Assembly (NCBI RefSeq): GCF_006345805.1
Contig: NC_042999.1
Coordinates: forward strand, 83,452,001-83,516,000
Source: Octopus sinensis
Taxonomy: Eukaryota
Length of the DNA: 64,000 nucleotides
Reading direction: 5' to 3'
The translations under genes and the position numbers were made by a program. A model generated the notes under the pieces. It worked only from the letters and a program-made list of their open reading frames with translations. It was not told where the DNA came from and searched no databases. Below are positions 24,588-38,181 of this stretch, piece by piece. How positions within the stretch are numbered: position 1 is the first letter of the stretch; each line of letters opens with the position of its first letter.

Positions 24588-27101
24588 GAGAGAGGACAGA
24601 GGGAGGGAGGGAGAGAGAGATATGAGTTTTGTAACTTGGTTACAATTTAGGTGGGAAGCTAAGCTAAATATATACGGTAACGCCAATAAAGAAAAGCAAA
24701 GGGAAGATATTATATTACTTTATACATGTTCAATAATATTTATATAAGTTTATAATATTTCGGGAAAACATCCCCTTATCTAATATAAAAACTTTCCGCA
24801 TTCGTTCATTGTTGCATTCACTGTTTTTCAAGAATATTATTTCAGCTGCAATGCATATCATCTTGTTTTTCTGCAACTCCAGAAGCAATATGTTTTGACA
24901 CTGAAATTAAAATCTTTAACATTAATATCCTTCTGTCACTTGGATATGCTACAATTAACTATTAATAACAGGTAGAAGATATAATCACATTCACTGTTTT
25001 TACTCAATAAAATAATTATATCAGTTATTCTATATTGCTTATATTCTACATGGGTGAGTTCATATCGCCTACAGAAACATCTAGGATTATATTACCTACT
25101 GGTCCTTGCTCTGAGAGACCCTTGATGGCTTGGAGCTGTTACAAATGTTATTGCCATTGCTGTCTTAACTTAAGTTGGCTCCAACTAACGAGATCTATCA
25201 CTCTAATTGGTGACACACACTTTTAAGGCATAGTGTATCTAATTATATATTATCCAATAAGAGGTAAGGGTGACAAGGGATGGGGCAAGTACCTTTGGTA
25301 GGTGTTTCTCTGCAGGACGGCTCCTCTGCTACTGGCCTGCAATTAGCACCCAAGTCTGCGAGTGGAATCACACACAATCTGTATGCAACAATATGCCATA
25401 ACTTAGCAATTGGCATTGACAGGCTAATTAATCCAGATTGCGTAAAGCGGAGGAATCTTAAATTCACCGCGACGTTTTTGAGGGCTCGTTAGTCTAGGTA
25501 TCTGGAGACTAGATCGACAAACGACTGTGCGGCCAAAACACCAATGGTCATATTTCAACAGGTATGCATTAATATTACGCATAGATTAATGTACGGTGAC
25601 GTGTAGATTGCCGTGGTTATCTTTGTTACACCTCCAGCTGTTTTCGCCAACATTGCCACAGATCCAGGAAGTTAGGTATGAGAGAAAGAGGGAGAGAGAG
25701 AGAAAGAGGAAGCGTGAGAGAGAATGAGAGAGGAAGTGGGAGGGGTTGGTCATCCTGTATCGCTGTCTCTCAATGTACTTCACTTCCAACTCAAGTAGAC
25801 TCAACCATCTTAGAACCACTGACCTCAGGTCTTTCATTGTGTAGTTAAGGCATCACACTCGCCAGCAACAATCATACATTGCCCCTTGCATAGTTTAGGC
25901 GGGAACCGTCACGATTCTAGCATCACCAACACGACTGTGTCTTCTGATACTTATAACTGTTGCGAAGTGCCATCGACGCTAAAAAAAAGGGGAGCCTTGC
26001 TCACCTTCGAAAGCTAGGAACTAACAAAATGTTCGATGTTGCCTTCCGTTTAAAGATCGCGGTTGTGTGTGGTTCGAGAGATATGGGTGATGTTTCTGCT
26101 ACTGGTGTTATTGTTGTTGCTGATGCTGTTGTTATTCAGGTTTTTGGCTTTACTACTGTTCCCTGTTGCTTTTGCTTTTTCTGCTGCTGCTTCTGCCGCT
26201 GCTGTTGTTGTTAGCGCTTCTACATGTTTACTAAACAATCAAACAACCTGCTATATGATTTACATAGTTTCCATTACAGTTGATAAATACAAGAATTCTG
26301 GCAACAAACTTCCTTTCCTTTCTGATGAATCATTAATGTTTGTCAGTTGAACATAATGAAAATTATTTGTCACTTCCTCCTTTTATATCCATTCTCATTC
26401 GTTCTAATTCAATCACTACCTCCTCTCTCTCTCTCTCTCTCTCTCTGCCCCTACTCTCTCTATTCCTCTTACTCTATAACACTCACTATATTTTGTGATC
26501 TATCTATCTATCATTCTTCGGATCTAGCTATCTTTGTTTATTTTTGTAGTATTTTTCTCTTTCAATTTGCGTTTGTATTTGCCTTCCTGCTTGTCTCTCT
26601 GCTTTTCTGACATACCAACAGTAAAATCTCCTTCCTTCACCCCTACTCTCTCTCTCTCTCATTTTTTTTCACTCGTTTATATTTTATGATATTGTTTTTA
26701 GCCTCTAATACCCTCTCTTTCTGTCTGTATACACACACACGCATTTATTTGGCTGTTTCATTCGATCTCTTAGCCTGTCTCTCTCTTTCTAATCCCACTG
26801 CTCGTTTACGCTATCTCTAACATAAAATGTACAAATTTTGCCTTTCTTTTCTTCCTCTTTCCCTTATTCTTACTTCAAATTAGGTTTCTCTTTTAATTTT
26901 TTCTCTTTGCCCCATCTTTTCCCTTTGTATACAGCTGCCTCACTTCCTCTCTCTCTACCCTTCATTTTATTGTCTTCTCTAACATACAGATTCTGCCTCT
27001 TTCCGCATTTCTCTCTTTCTCCCATTTCTTCTCAGAATTTGTCATTTATTTTCATCTCTCTGTCTCACACTCTTTTTCAATCCTTTCTTCCTCCTCCCCA
27101 C

Positions 27102-27144
<43 letters not shown>

Positions 27145-27249
27145 TATATACACATCTTTTCTTTAGAACATACTTTTTTCCACATCTCTTTCTCTTTCAT
27201 GTACCATCTCCACGTTTTTCTGTATGTATATATATTTTTTCTACATATC

Positions 27250-27268
27250 CGTATACATACGTACGTAC

Positions 27269-27299
<31 letters not shown>

Positions 27300-27406
27300 C
27301 ATACATACATACATTACATACGTACATGCCACACATACATACATATATACATACATACATGCATATACACATACATACATACATACATACATACATACAT
27401 GCATAT

Positions 27407-27437
<31 letters not shown>

Positions 27438-27455
27438 CATACATATGTATGCATA
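27250..27455. repeat. (TACA)n tetranucleotide microsatellite
   Basis: Read directly; similar tracts at 27915-27965, 47780-47822 and 59770-59825. Confidence 0.95.
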
Positions 27456-27546
27456 TACAACTGCTAGGATAACTATGGACAACTGCTTTTATATCCAGAT
27501 TATAAATTCACATTTATACCAATAATAATTAATGCACTTGTCTTTG

Positions 27547-27680
27547 TGAGTAAATGCCTAAGCGACAAAATGGACAAGCTAGGGTTTCCAGAAAAATAAA
27601 TCAGCCATCTAACTCACACATTAGAAATGCAATCTGTAAGTGGAACAGTAAAAATATGCAAGCCTTTTCTCAAGTTTAAA
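27547..27680 (+). mobile_element. Short 3'-terminal fragment of the Dong-like family seen at 4.6-6.2 kb
   Basis: AGTAAATGCCTAAG...TGCAATCTGTAAGTGGAACAGTAAAAATATGCAAGCCTTTTCTCAAGTT closely matches 6083-6208. Confidence 0.75.
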
Positions 27681-28022
27681 ATGTTATATTGTTTTCGTTA
27701 TTTACATTCCAAACACGTGGTATGTATTTCGCTGTTTGATTACTGCTATGATCTTATCAAAAAAAAAAAAAAAGAAAAAAAGGTTGTTTCTTTGCATTTA
27801 CTTGACGATGGTCATGTCTTTTACCAGGCTTGCATTAATGGCAAACGTTATAGGGAGCAATATTCATTATCTAAGAGAATAAATATGTCAACATGTTTGT
27901 ATTCGACGCCATGTATGTATGTATGTATGTATGTATGTATGTATGTATGTATGTATGTATGTATGTACACACACACACACACGTATATATATATGTGTGT
28001 ATATATATATATATTATATATA

Positions 28023-28054
<32 letters not shown>

Positions 28055-29189
28055 GACCAAAACACTAAAGTTATATATATAAGATGTTACTATCGTTAAT
28101 ATCATATGTGGATAAAATTTAAAGTTGATGGTATCATCAGTAGTAACATAGGTGGTTCGCAGGCAAATTGCATTATTAAGCTATAATATACAAATTAGAA
28201 CGAGGGGTAGGAATGCAGAAAAGCATCAACCAACTAGAAATAAGAGCTAAAGTCTTAAAGCACCAAGTTAACGGAGAAATAACAGTAGGGGAGGAAACAG
28301 AGAGAATTAATATATTCAAAGGCACACATATGAAAGACTATGCTATTTAGGATATCTATATAGCCTAGTTTCGGCTTTTGGAAATTTAGTCCTTCAGATT
28401 CTACAGTGTAAACTACTTGGTAAAAATTCAACCCTGTCACGTTATGTATCCGTTAACATACTGGTCTTGTTTTGCGCCAAAAACACAGTATATGGTGCAA
28501 AAATATTTATGAACAAAACATTCAAACACTAAAGTTTGAAATAAGATGTTACTACTATTAATATTATCTGTGGATAAAATTTAAAATTTGATGCTATATA
28601 TATATATATATGCATCCGTAGTTTGATAATAGAAATGAAGTCCTCAATATGAACGTAGAGTACAGCAGTTTATCTAGGCAGGTTCTTACTGCTTACTTAT
28701 GTGTGTATGTTTGTATGTGCATGTGTGTGTAGAGTGTATGCATACGTACACAAATAATTTTTCTCAGAAAGGTTTATGATGTCAGCTCACACACACACAC
28801 GCGCGCGCACACACACACGTATAACGTTTATTGGAAATCGTTTTTTAGAATTTCCTCCGATGGAGATAACGAGAACTCGAAGGTTGCCATGCACCAAAAT
28901 TCAATTACCAATAAATTATATACTTCTCTAATTTTAGTATTTTCGCTAATGTATAAACAGCCATAAAGTAAGGATGATATCGTATCTGACACGCCTAGAA
29001 ATAGTAGTTAAATTTTCCTTCAAACCCTATCCAACTGTCTTGAAAAGTGGTTACGTCGGAGAACTTGGTCTTGGGTACCACATTATAGTCGAAAAATAAA
29101 TGAATAATGACAACTGAAATATCTTTGCTTCGTTTTTGAATTTGGTTTGCAAGATTCTTTGTATGAGTTCGTGTATTGAAGCATATTTT

Positions 29190-29341
29190 GTTGTGTCTGG
29201 GGAGAGTCATTTTCTTTTTGTGCCTTATAATTTAACACATTCACCGGTAAAATTTCCAGTGGAATAAATAAGTGGAAATTTTACCGGTGAGTGTGTTAAA
29301 TTATAAGGCACAAAAAGAAAATGACTCTCCCCAGACACAAC
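29190..29341. repeat. Near-perfect 69-bp inverted repeat with 14-nt loop
   Basis: 29190-29258 is the reverse complement of 29273-29341 with one mismatch. Confidence 0.95.
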
Positions 29342-29359
29342 TACGAGATATTGGACTCG

Positions 29360-29610
29360 TACACTGTTTGGACTGTTTCCAAATGAATTTTTATCTATTT
29401 TTCAGCTAAAACAGTCTCCAGTTCTTGTAGTGATGATGGTGGTGGATATCGACTCCTTACTTGTTTTTCTAAAATGTACCATAAATGTTCAATAATATTG
29501 AAATCTGGGGACTGTGGTGGCCAGATAAGATGTTCTTCGTACCATTCAGTAACAACTTTAGCTGTGTGAATTGGTGCATTATCGTCCTGAAAGATTGTGT
29601 TTCCCTCCGG
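29360..29610 (-). mobile_element. Fragment of Tc1-type transposase (same family as 36423-37702)
   Basis: FQDDNAPIHTAKVVTEWYEEHLIWPPQSPDFNIIEHLWYILEKQVRSRYPPPSSLQELETVLAE; six codons shorter than the repaired 37-kb copy. Confidence 0.9.
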
Positions 29611-29626
29611 AAACGTGTGTGTGTGT

Positions 29627-29665
<39 letters not shown>

Positions 29666-29689
29666 TGTGTATGCATATATATATTTATG

Positions 29690-29885
29690 TGTTTGTGTTT
29701 GCCTCCCCCATCGCTTGAAAAATTGTTGGTTTGATTACGTCCCCGTAACATAGAGTTCGACTAAGGTCACCGATAGAATGAATACCAGGCTTAAAAAAAG
29801 TTCTGGAATCGATTTCGTCGCTGAAACCCGGGGCCCATGCTGCCCACAGTGCAATGATTAAAATGAGTAAAGAATAAAAGATAAA
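29690..29885 (+). mobile_element. 3' half of SINE family B
   Basis: TTACGTCCCCGTAAC...CACCGATAGAATGAATACCAGGC...CAGTGCAATGATTAAAATGAGTAAAGAATAAAAG tail. Confidence 0.65.
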
Positions 29886-31258
29886 CGATGAATGATTGGT
29901 GCAGAACTTGGACAAAGCAACAGCAGCAACAGCTGTTCTCACGAGCCATCAAAACCCACTCCTCTACGATATGGGTACGGTTAGAACACATTGGTCATTC
30001 GTCTGCTGGATTAAGACTGAACTGGTACAAAACAACCGAAGCACTCACTACTTTTCGAAGAAATGCACAAAGTGAATTCAAGCATCTCTTTTTGGACAGA
30101 TATAATTTCATGTCAAGAGGTTAAGTTACATATGTCCTTTGCGATATTTTCAATAGAGATTGTTTCAAATATCATTTATTTTATTCATCTATTATAGTTA
30201 TATATTCCTATCTACAGCTCTAATGATTACCTGTCACTTGAAGACCGCCATAACTGTCCATTCAAGTGAATGCTTATGCGTGATCTTCTTTCGTAAGAGT
30301 TGATGAGTCTGCATAAACAGACAAGTAAAACCGCAGGGCTGGCTGTGGCTAGTGAAGAAATAAAATATGTATTAAATAGGAGTAGCGATATTACATTGGT
30401 TGAGAATATTTCTTTTAAAAAATGTATTTGAAGAGTGGCTTATAAAAATGAACCAGACGCCTGTTGATAGACGTAGAACTTGTGCTGAATAACAGCTTTC
30501 TCTAGATATATGTGTAATAGTTTAGCGTTAAATTGATGTGTAAGAGCTCTTTCTTTTTTTTTTCCATAATGATGACTTGATTAGATAGCCAGTAAGGTAG
30601 GTAGACTGACAGACAAACACACTGACAGATAGTTAAATATACAGATAGATAGAAAGATAGGTTGATAGATATAAGTAGACAGATAGTCGATAAAGACACG
30701 CATAAACACACATATATACATGTATAGACACACACACACACACACATACACACACATATATATATTGATGCATACATGTGTGTAAGTGTATACAGTTTTC
30801 TCTTTCCACACACGCATACATGTATATACGCAGACATATTTATAAATAAATGAATAATATATATACACACACACACATACATACATACATACAAACAAAC
30901 ACACATATCTATCTACCTATTATCTGTATATACATGTGTGTGTATGTCTTGTATGTGTGTAAAGGATATCTAATTTACAAAATGACGTCTTACTTTGTTA
31001 AATTGACAATAAATGAAGTGTAATGTAATATATTTTAGTGTATAAAATATTCGGTAAAAAGAGAGCATAGCAAGTAAATAGAAACTTAAAACTTGAAAAA
31101 AGTTGAATAAATAGATTTCAAGACATCATTAGTGGGTAGCAGAATCGTTAGAGCGTCGCATAGAATTCTATATGGCATTCAAAATTTTTTTACGATCTGA
31201 GCTCAAACTTCGTGAAGTTAAGTGACTTATAAAGCGCTTAATATACTTTGTAGTATAA

Positions 31259-31490
31259 GGCGGCAAGCTAGCAATAACGTTAGCACACCGGGCAAAATGC
31301 TTAGCGGTAATTTCGTTTGCCACTACGTTCTGAGTTCAAATTTCGCCGAGGTCGACTTTGCTTTTCATCGTTTCGAGGTCGATTAAATAATTACCTGTTA
31401 CGCATTGGGGTCGATGTAATCAACTTAATCTCCTTGTCTGTCCTTGTTTGTTCTCTCTATGTTTAGCCACCTGTGGGCAATGAAGAAATA
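31259..31490 (+). mobile_element. SINE family A (tail type 1)
   Basis: Head, B-box, core and type-1 tail all present; decayed head at about 31130-31230 just upstream. Confidence 0.85.
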
Positions 31491-32387
31491 ATATACTCTA
31501 CTTTAAACATACACCCTTACACCATTACCTACTAATTATAATACAGAATTATATTTTTGTGGGTATGTGTTAAACCAGTGATCGATTAAATTTAATCACC
31601 CTCGAGTTCATAATACAAACAGCCGGAATAGATATCAATTTCGCCTTGGAATGATTGTTTATTTTATTGATCGTGATAGAAAGGGAGGTAAAGTTAACGT
31701 CGGTGGGTTTCGAACTCAGAATGCAGAAAGCCGGAACAAATACTCCTAGGTGTTTTTCCTACGCTCTAATGTATTTGCCAATCTATCTCATCGTTTGTCG
31801 TAACGAAGAGGAAACATATAACGTTTCGGGAAAAAGCTTTCGTCAAATCTCTCAAACTTACGGTTTACTTTTACATACATAAGCTCCTTCTGAAATAAAA
31901 CATACAATCCAGTTTTGATTTACAATTGAGCAAAAGAAACTCAGAACTCCAAGATATGAGAGGTGGTTTGCGTCATTTAAAATATTTTAGCAAAGTTTTC
32001 AAATATGGCGTGAGGGTTAATGTCTTAGGAGAAAGAATACTGCTAGAATATTTATGGAAGAACCGATTGTAAATATTTCAAGAATAGGTGAAGAAGAAAT
32101 GATGTAAGAAGTGTAATGGTATGAAGATGTGACCATACGAAAGAGTACGAAAAGGTCAACGGCCCGAGATTCGAAGCTAAGTGAAGGTTTGTGTGTGGCT
32201 AATAGGACTGCGATGGATGTACTGAAACCCCAACTCCTCGTCTGCGATTGTATAATTTATTTTCCACTACATTGGCGTGTATAGATAAATGATGCCTCCA
32301 GGGAACACATAAAAGTATTACAGTCTCATCAAATATAACAAAATTCACTGAATGCAGTAGTCTGGTTTATTGATATAAGACAACTCG

Positions 32388-32512
<125 letters not shown>

Positions 32513-33415
32513 CAACTACACCTACTACATATAATATAGAGCTGCATATTTTACAAAAGTTTTTTTTTTGTTTTTGTTATCAATAGTGACGAGCCAACTA
32601 GTAAATGTCATGGCTGAAACCCTCTCCAATCAGCACTGTTATTCTTTCTTCCAATACTTTGCTTTGTCACTCCATTTTCTAATCTTCTATTAACATCTTA
32701 TTTGCCCGAAGTCTCGCTTCGTTCCCAGACTCTCTATTGTTCTTATCTCGTTACTTCACTGCATATTTCTCAAACTTGCAATCACAATGCTATCATAAAC
32801 ATTTGAATAATGTTCTGCCAACAAAAACTGCTAACCACATCAAAAAGGAATATGACTGTCACACAGCTTATGTAGTTCATCTCCCGTTCCAAATCTCCGA
32901 ATTGAGAAAACAATTACTTAATTACGAGACGTATGTGGTTTATATATTTTAATGAGTTCATAAAAATGTCTTAAAAGAACTGTGTCATTGTAAGCTCTTT
33001 TTCGTTTAGGTTTACAATATTACGTGGATTGCTAAAAGAAGGAACCACTCTGCAATAATTATTATAGTTTTCTGACGTTACGATGATAATGATATTGAAG
33101 ATGATAACTATTGCTGTAATGGGGTTCGTTTTGCTGTAGTTATTGTTGTTACTGCTTTTGTTGCTATGGTTGTTTAGCCCCGAGACAGTCCTGTTGAAGC
33201 AGACGTATCTTTAAAGGTGTTCCTACCTTGACAATTTCGTTTTTATTTTTTCCATGTATTATGTGTCCCACGTTACGTATTTTGCTATATGTATCAATTT
33301 CTAGGACGGTAGGTAGAAAGATGTCATTTGCTGGAGATTAAGCTGGAATTTTTTTCTTGAAGGTCGAACGGCTACGTGGGCTCTTTGGTTGCCTTGGTAT
33401 TATTTGGGGTTGAAA

Positions 33416-33632
33416 GGCGGTGAGCTAGCAGAAACGTTAGCGCCCCGGGCGAAATGCTTAGCGGTACGTTCTGAGTTCAAATTCCGCCCAGGTCGACTTT
33501 GCCTTTCATCCTTTCGGGGTCGATTAAATAACTACCAGTTACGCACTGGGGTCGATATAATCGACTTAATCCGTTTGTCTGTCCTTATTTGTCCTCTCTG
33601 TGTTTATCCCCTTGTGGGTAGTAAAGAAATAG
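33416..33632 (+). mobile_element. SINE family A (tail type 1)
   Basis: Near-consensus copy with a short deletion between A- and B-box regions. Confidence 0.9.
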
Positions 33633-34139
33633 GTATTGTTTGGGGATGATTGTGACGATAATGGTAGGAAGATGACGTGACAGCACTCAGAGCGATAATT
33701 GTAAATATGATGATGATGATGATGAAATAAATACGATGATGATGTTGATAATGATGATTAAGATGATGATGTCATTGATATTAATGGCGATGTTTACAGC
33801 CGTTGCCATCACAGATCATCATTATGATTTTCCTGATTATTTGTAAGATCATATTCGTTCTCTTAATCATAGTCATCGTTATGATTCTTAGTGTAATCTA
33901 TGTTTTATCTGTTGCTGCCACTGACGTCGACATGAGAGTTATCTACAAATAATCGTACAACATTTAGTGTTCAACTGGCCATAAATATCTCACCATTTGT
34001 TAATTTACACATTCTTCTTATCAACATAAATTTGTTTACTCACTCTCCCTATACCCAATCATGCATTCAGCTAAAATATATATCAAAACGACAGCAATAA
34101 TAATAATTCTTATATACATATTTATATATAGATATGTAA

Positions 34140-34367
34140 GGCGGCGAGCTGGCAGAGACGTTAGCACGCCGGGTGAAGTGCTTCGCGTTATTTCGTCTGC
34201 CGCTACGTTCTGAGTTCAAATTCCACCGAGGTCAACTTTGCCTTTCATCCTTTCGGGGTCGATTAAATAAGTACCAGTTACGCACTGGGATCGATATAAT
34301 CGACTTACTCCGTTTGTCTGTCCTTGTTTGTCCCTGTATGTTTAGCCCCTTGTGGGTAATAAAGAAA
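34140..34367 (+). mobile_element. SINE family A (tail type 1)
   Basis: Near-consensus full-length copy. Confidence 0.9.
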
Positions 34368-36019
34368 CACATACATATTCATATATAGAGATGTGTCTAT
34401 ATGTGTGTGTGTATCTGTTTGAGGATATGTGTCTGTATGTGTGTGTGCGTGTGCATGTATGTGTTGTGTTTGTTTGTATATATAGTTACAATGCACCGAA
34501 TGATAAAAATTCGCCTCGATCCTGAGGTGTTCAATTTCACTTCGTAGAATCGCCGGCAAAACGTAAATTTCTATATCCTGATAACCCTTAATGACGAACC
34601 TAGTCATAACTAGGGTGTCCTTACCCTAACTATAAGCAGCCAATACTTTGAAGCTTATCAAAAGAACGTATCTTGGTTATTACAGTAGGGTAGATAGGCT
34701 CGGTAGGCTAGGTGACACACACATTATTGCAGAGTATAAATCCCTGTTTACCTAGAGTAAGTTTATTTCCCCTTACGCGAACAATCACCGTGGCAGTTAA
34801 GAATTACACCACACACCCATCCTCGATACGGTAGCTGTTACGCAACTTGAAATCACCGAACCTGTTAACTCCTCAAATGCCCATTGTCGTCGCTGAATTA
34901 ACGAATCGTATAGAGCGCTGACTGCTTAATACCGATGCTCCACATGATCTGATCTACTATGTGGAGCATATAATGTAATGATCTGTCATCGATGTATAGC
35001 CAAAGTTTTTAGGTGATAAGAACTGAAGAGTGGAGGTTCAAATACTCTTAACTAAAAGTCATTCTAAAATTTCTGTTAAATTGTTTTCATTCGACACCGG
35101 ATGTAATCGCAAATCGCGTGCTCGTCTTCAGGTGTACGGGGTCAAGAGTGAAGAGAATTTAAAATAAGTTGACGCAATGTGAAACTGGGTCGACGTGTTT
35201 TATATACATACGTACATAAATACATAGTATATGTGTGCGTGTATGAATGTATTAATATGTACTTGTATACGTAATTAACAGTTCAAGAATGAAATGTAAT
35301 TCGGCTGTTGACAAGAATCAAACCAGTCACCACTTGTTTACTGATCAGGATGGAAGAACTCACTGTTGCACAACAGGACTTTCACTGATTAGATAAACAT
35401 ATTATAAATTACAATAATCCATTTATATGCGAAAAGCACACACACTGCAATTCCTTTCTTATTGACGTCAATTACATAATCGAATTTTTAGAAAAGATCC
35501 ATACGAGAACAAAGTAACAAAGGCAACAGTAAAAACCACCAGCACTGATAACAACGAAGCTAAACAATAAAAACTCACATAATGTTATGATATCTGAACT
35601 CGTAGTAAGCAAACAAACTTTCATTTCTGCTTTGATGAGGCATGAAATAGGATTTTTATTGTTATATCAATGAATACACGAGCGGATAAGAATGCTGCTA
35701 TTAAACAAGAACTAACCGGCACACAATTAAGCAAACCAATGTTATTGAAAAGGCGAACGATTGAGTTGCTGGACTACTTACTCACTCATAGGTCGTGAGT
35801 TCAAGATCGCGACAAGAATGTCTTTCCATTTATGTGCTGGCTACATTGTATTATTTTTATATATAAAAATGACATTCATTCAAGCTATCAAAAATAGGAA
35901 CCGGGCTGTCTGGGAAAAGGTCAAGAGGGTTGTTCAGACGTAAGGTCGAGCAATTAAATCTATTTATTAGGGAGTGTGTGGGATAAATAAATGTTTATAA
36001 TTATATATGTGTGCGTGCA

Positions 36020-36063
<44 letters not shown>

Positions 36064-36069
36064 GACAGA

Positions 36070-36130
<61 letters not shown>

Positions 36131-36166
36131 CGTATGTATGTGCGCCTGTAAGTATGTAAGTATTAA

Positions 36167-36205
<39 letters not shown>

Positions 36206-36422
36206 TGCATATATATATATATATAAATCAGTGTGAAATAGCAAATTTCCTTGCAATCGTAGATATATTTAATCATAATCGTGAAACGTGAGTAATGGAT
36301 ACAAAAACTGTGTACACACACAGACGTATATAATAGCAAATCAGTTTACATGCCAACAAAATATATTTAGCCATATTCGTAAAGCATGTGTAATAAATGT
36401 AAAAATTGTGCATATGTATGTA

Positions 36423-37702
36423 CAGGGGTTGGACAAAATGATGGAAGCACCTAGCATCACAGCATCATAATTTTGAACTATCTATAAAACCATCAAATGC
36501 TTGTTAATTTTTATGTTATTTGATTTATTATTCGCGTTGCTTAACATGTTTTTGCTAAAATTGCTGTCTCTTTTCAGATATCATCAGAAAAAGGTAATTA
36601 AAATTCATTAAAATGACAGATCTATCGGACTTTCAAAGAGGTCAAATTGTTGGTGCTCGTATGGCAGGCGCTAGCGTAAAGAAAACAGCCGAAATGTTTG
36701 GTGTATCAAGAGGTACTGTCTCGAAAGTAATGACAGCCTTTGAGAAAGAGGGAAAAACCTCCTCGTCGAAACAAAACTCCGGAAGAAAACCAAAACTTTC
36801 ACATAGGGATCGTTAGACTTTTACGCGAATCGTTAGAAAGGATCACAAAAGAACAGCTCACAAAATTACTGCAGAGCTTAATCACTACATCGAGAACCCA
36901 GTTTCCACAAAACTGATCGCCGGGAGCTGCACAAAGCCGGATTTCACGGAAGGGCTGCGACCAGAAGACCACTACTTTCAAAAACAAACGTTGCAAAGCG
37001 TTTAGAGTGGAGTAAAAACCTACAGGATTGGTCCCTAGAGCAGTGGAATAATGTTATTTTCTCGGACGAGTCATCCTTTACCTTAATTCCGACTACCAGT
37101 CGAGTATACGTGTGGAGACAAAAGATGCATTTGGCCCAGACTGCTTTCTTCCAACTGTTAAACATGGCGGAGAATCTGTGATGATCTATGGTGGGTGGGT
37201 GGGGCGTATATCTAGGAAATCCGCCAGCCCAATGGTTTCCCTTCATGGCAGAATTAATAGTGAAGACTATTTAAGCATTTTGTCTGATCAAATTCATCCT
37301 ATGGCTGCGGAACTGTTTCCGGTGGCAAACGCAATCTTTCAGGATGATAGTGCACCAATTCGCACAGCTAAAGTTATTACTGAATGGCACGAGGACATTC
37401 TTGTAAAGTTGAACATCTTATCTGGCCACCATATTTCCCAGATCTCAATATTATTGAACATTTATCGTGCATTTTAGTAAAACAAGTAAGTAGTCGATAT
37501 CCTCCACAATCATTACTACAAGAATTAGAGACTGTTTTAGCTGAAGAATGGACAAAAATTCCTTTCGAAACAATTCAAACTTTGTACGAGCCAATAGCTA
37601 GTAGAATTCAAGCTGTAATTACTGCCCAAGGCGGTCCTACCCCACATCAAAATAAATTTGTTTGAAATTTTAAGGTGTTTCCATTATTTTGTCCAACCCC
37701 TG
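36423..37702 (+). mobile_element. Complete 1280-bp Tc1-type DNA transposon with frameshifted transposase (apparent DD36E)
   Basis: 30-bp TIRs CAGGGGTTGGACAAAAT(G/A)ATGGAA(G/A)CACCT with 2 mismatches; TA duplications at 36421-36422 and 37703-37704. Transposase from 36613: MTDLSDFQRGQIVGARMAG..GRKPKL; FSDES; PTVKHGG; FQDDSAP; WPPYFPDLNIIEH; GGPTP. Confidence 0.95.
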
Positions 37703-37704
37703 TA

Positions 37705-37712
37705 TGTATATA

Positions 37713-37785
<73 letters not shown>
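37705..37785. repeat. (TA)n microsatellite flanking the Tc1 element
   Basis: Read directly; more (TA)n/(TG)n at 37995-38180. Confidence 0.95.
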
Positions 37786-37788
<3 letters not shown>

Positions 37789-37789
37789 T

Positions 37790-37990
37790 ATGTGACCTCG
37801 TGAAGACTACCTGCAATTTTTTTTTCCTCTGTCCTCCCGTCTCGGGATCTTTCTTTCTCCTATGTTTCCGACGAAGAGCTCCGCTCGAAACGTCATACCC
37901 TCCTTCTTCCATTTTCCTGAGCGCCTAATAATAATAATACTGTAATTGTTCCACGTGTTGTTGTTTTTTCTGTTTTCCCGTTTGGATTAA
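37790..37990 (+). mobile_element. Probable Penelope-like element terminal fragment with a minimal hammerhead-like motif
   Basis: TGTTT CCGACGA A GAGC TCC GCTC GAAA CG TC at 37863-37894 has the layout of minimal type I hammerheads reported in Penelope-like elements; core U4 is C here. Confidence 0.5.
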
Positions 37991-38001
37991 CCTATATATG
38001 T

Positions 38002-38103
<102 letters not shown>

Positions 38104-38137
38104 TGTGTGTGTATTCATATGTATATAGGACTTATAT

Positions 38138-38180
<43 letters not shown>

Positions 38181-38181
<1 letters not shown>

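Noticed and set aside
25243-25837. Short ORFs in relatively GC-rich unique sequence
   Set aside because: No motif recognised in any frame; could be decayed TE but cannot be supported.
34935-34969. 11-bp perfect hairpin ATGCTCCACAT/ATGTGGAGCAT as a pre-miRNA
   Set aside because: The stem does not extend, too short for Drosha/Dicer geometry, and may occur by chance.
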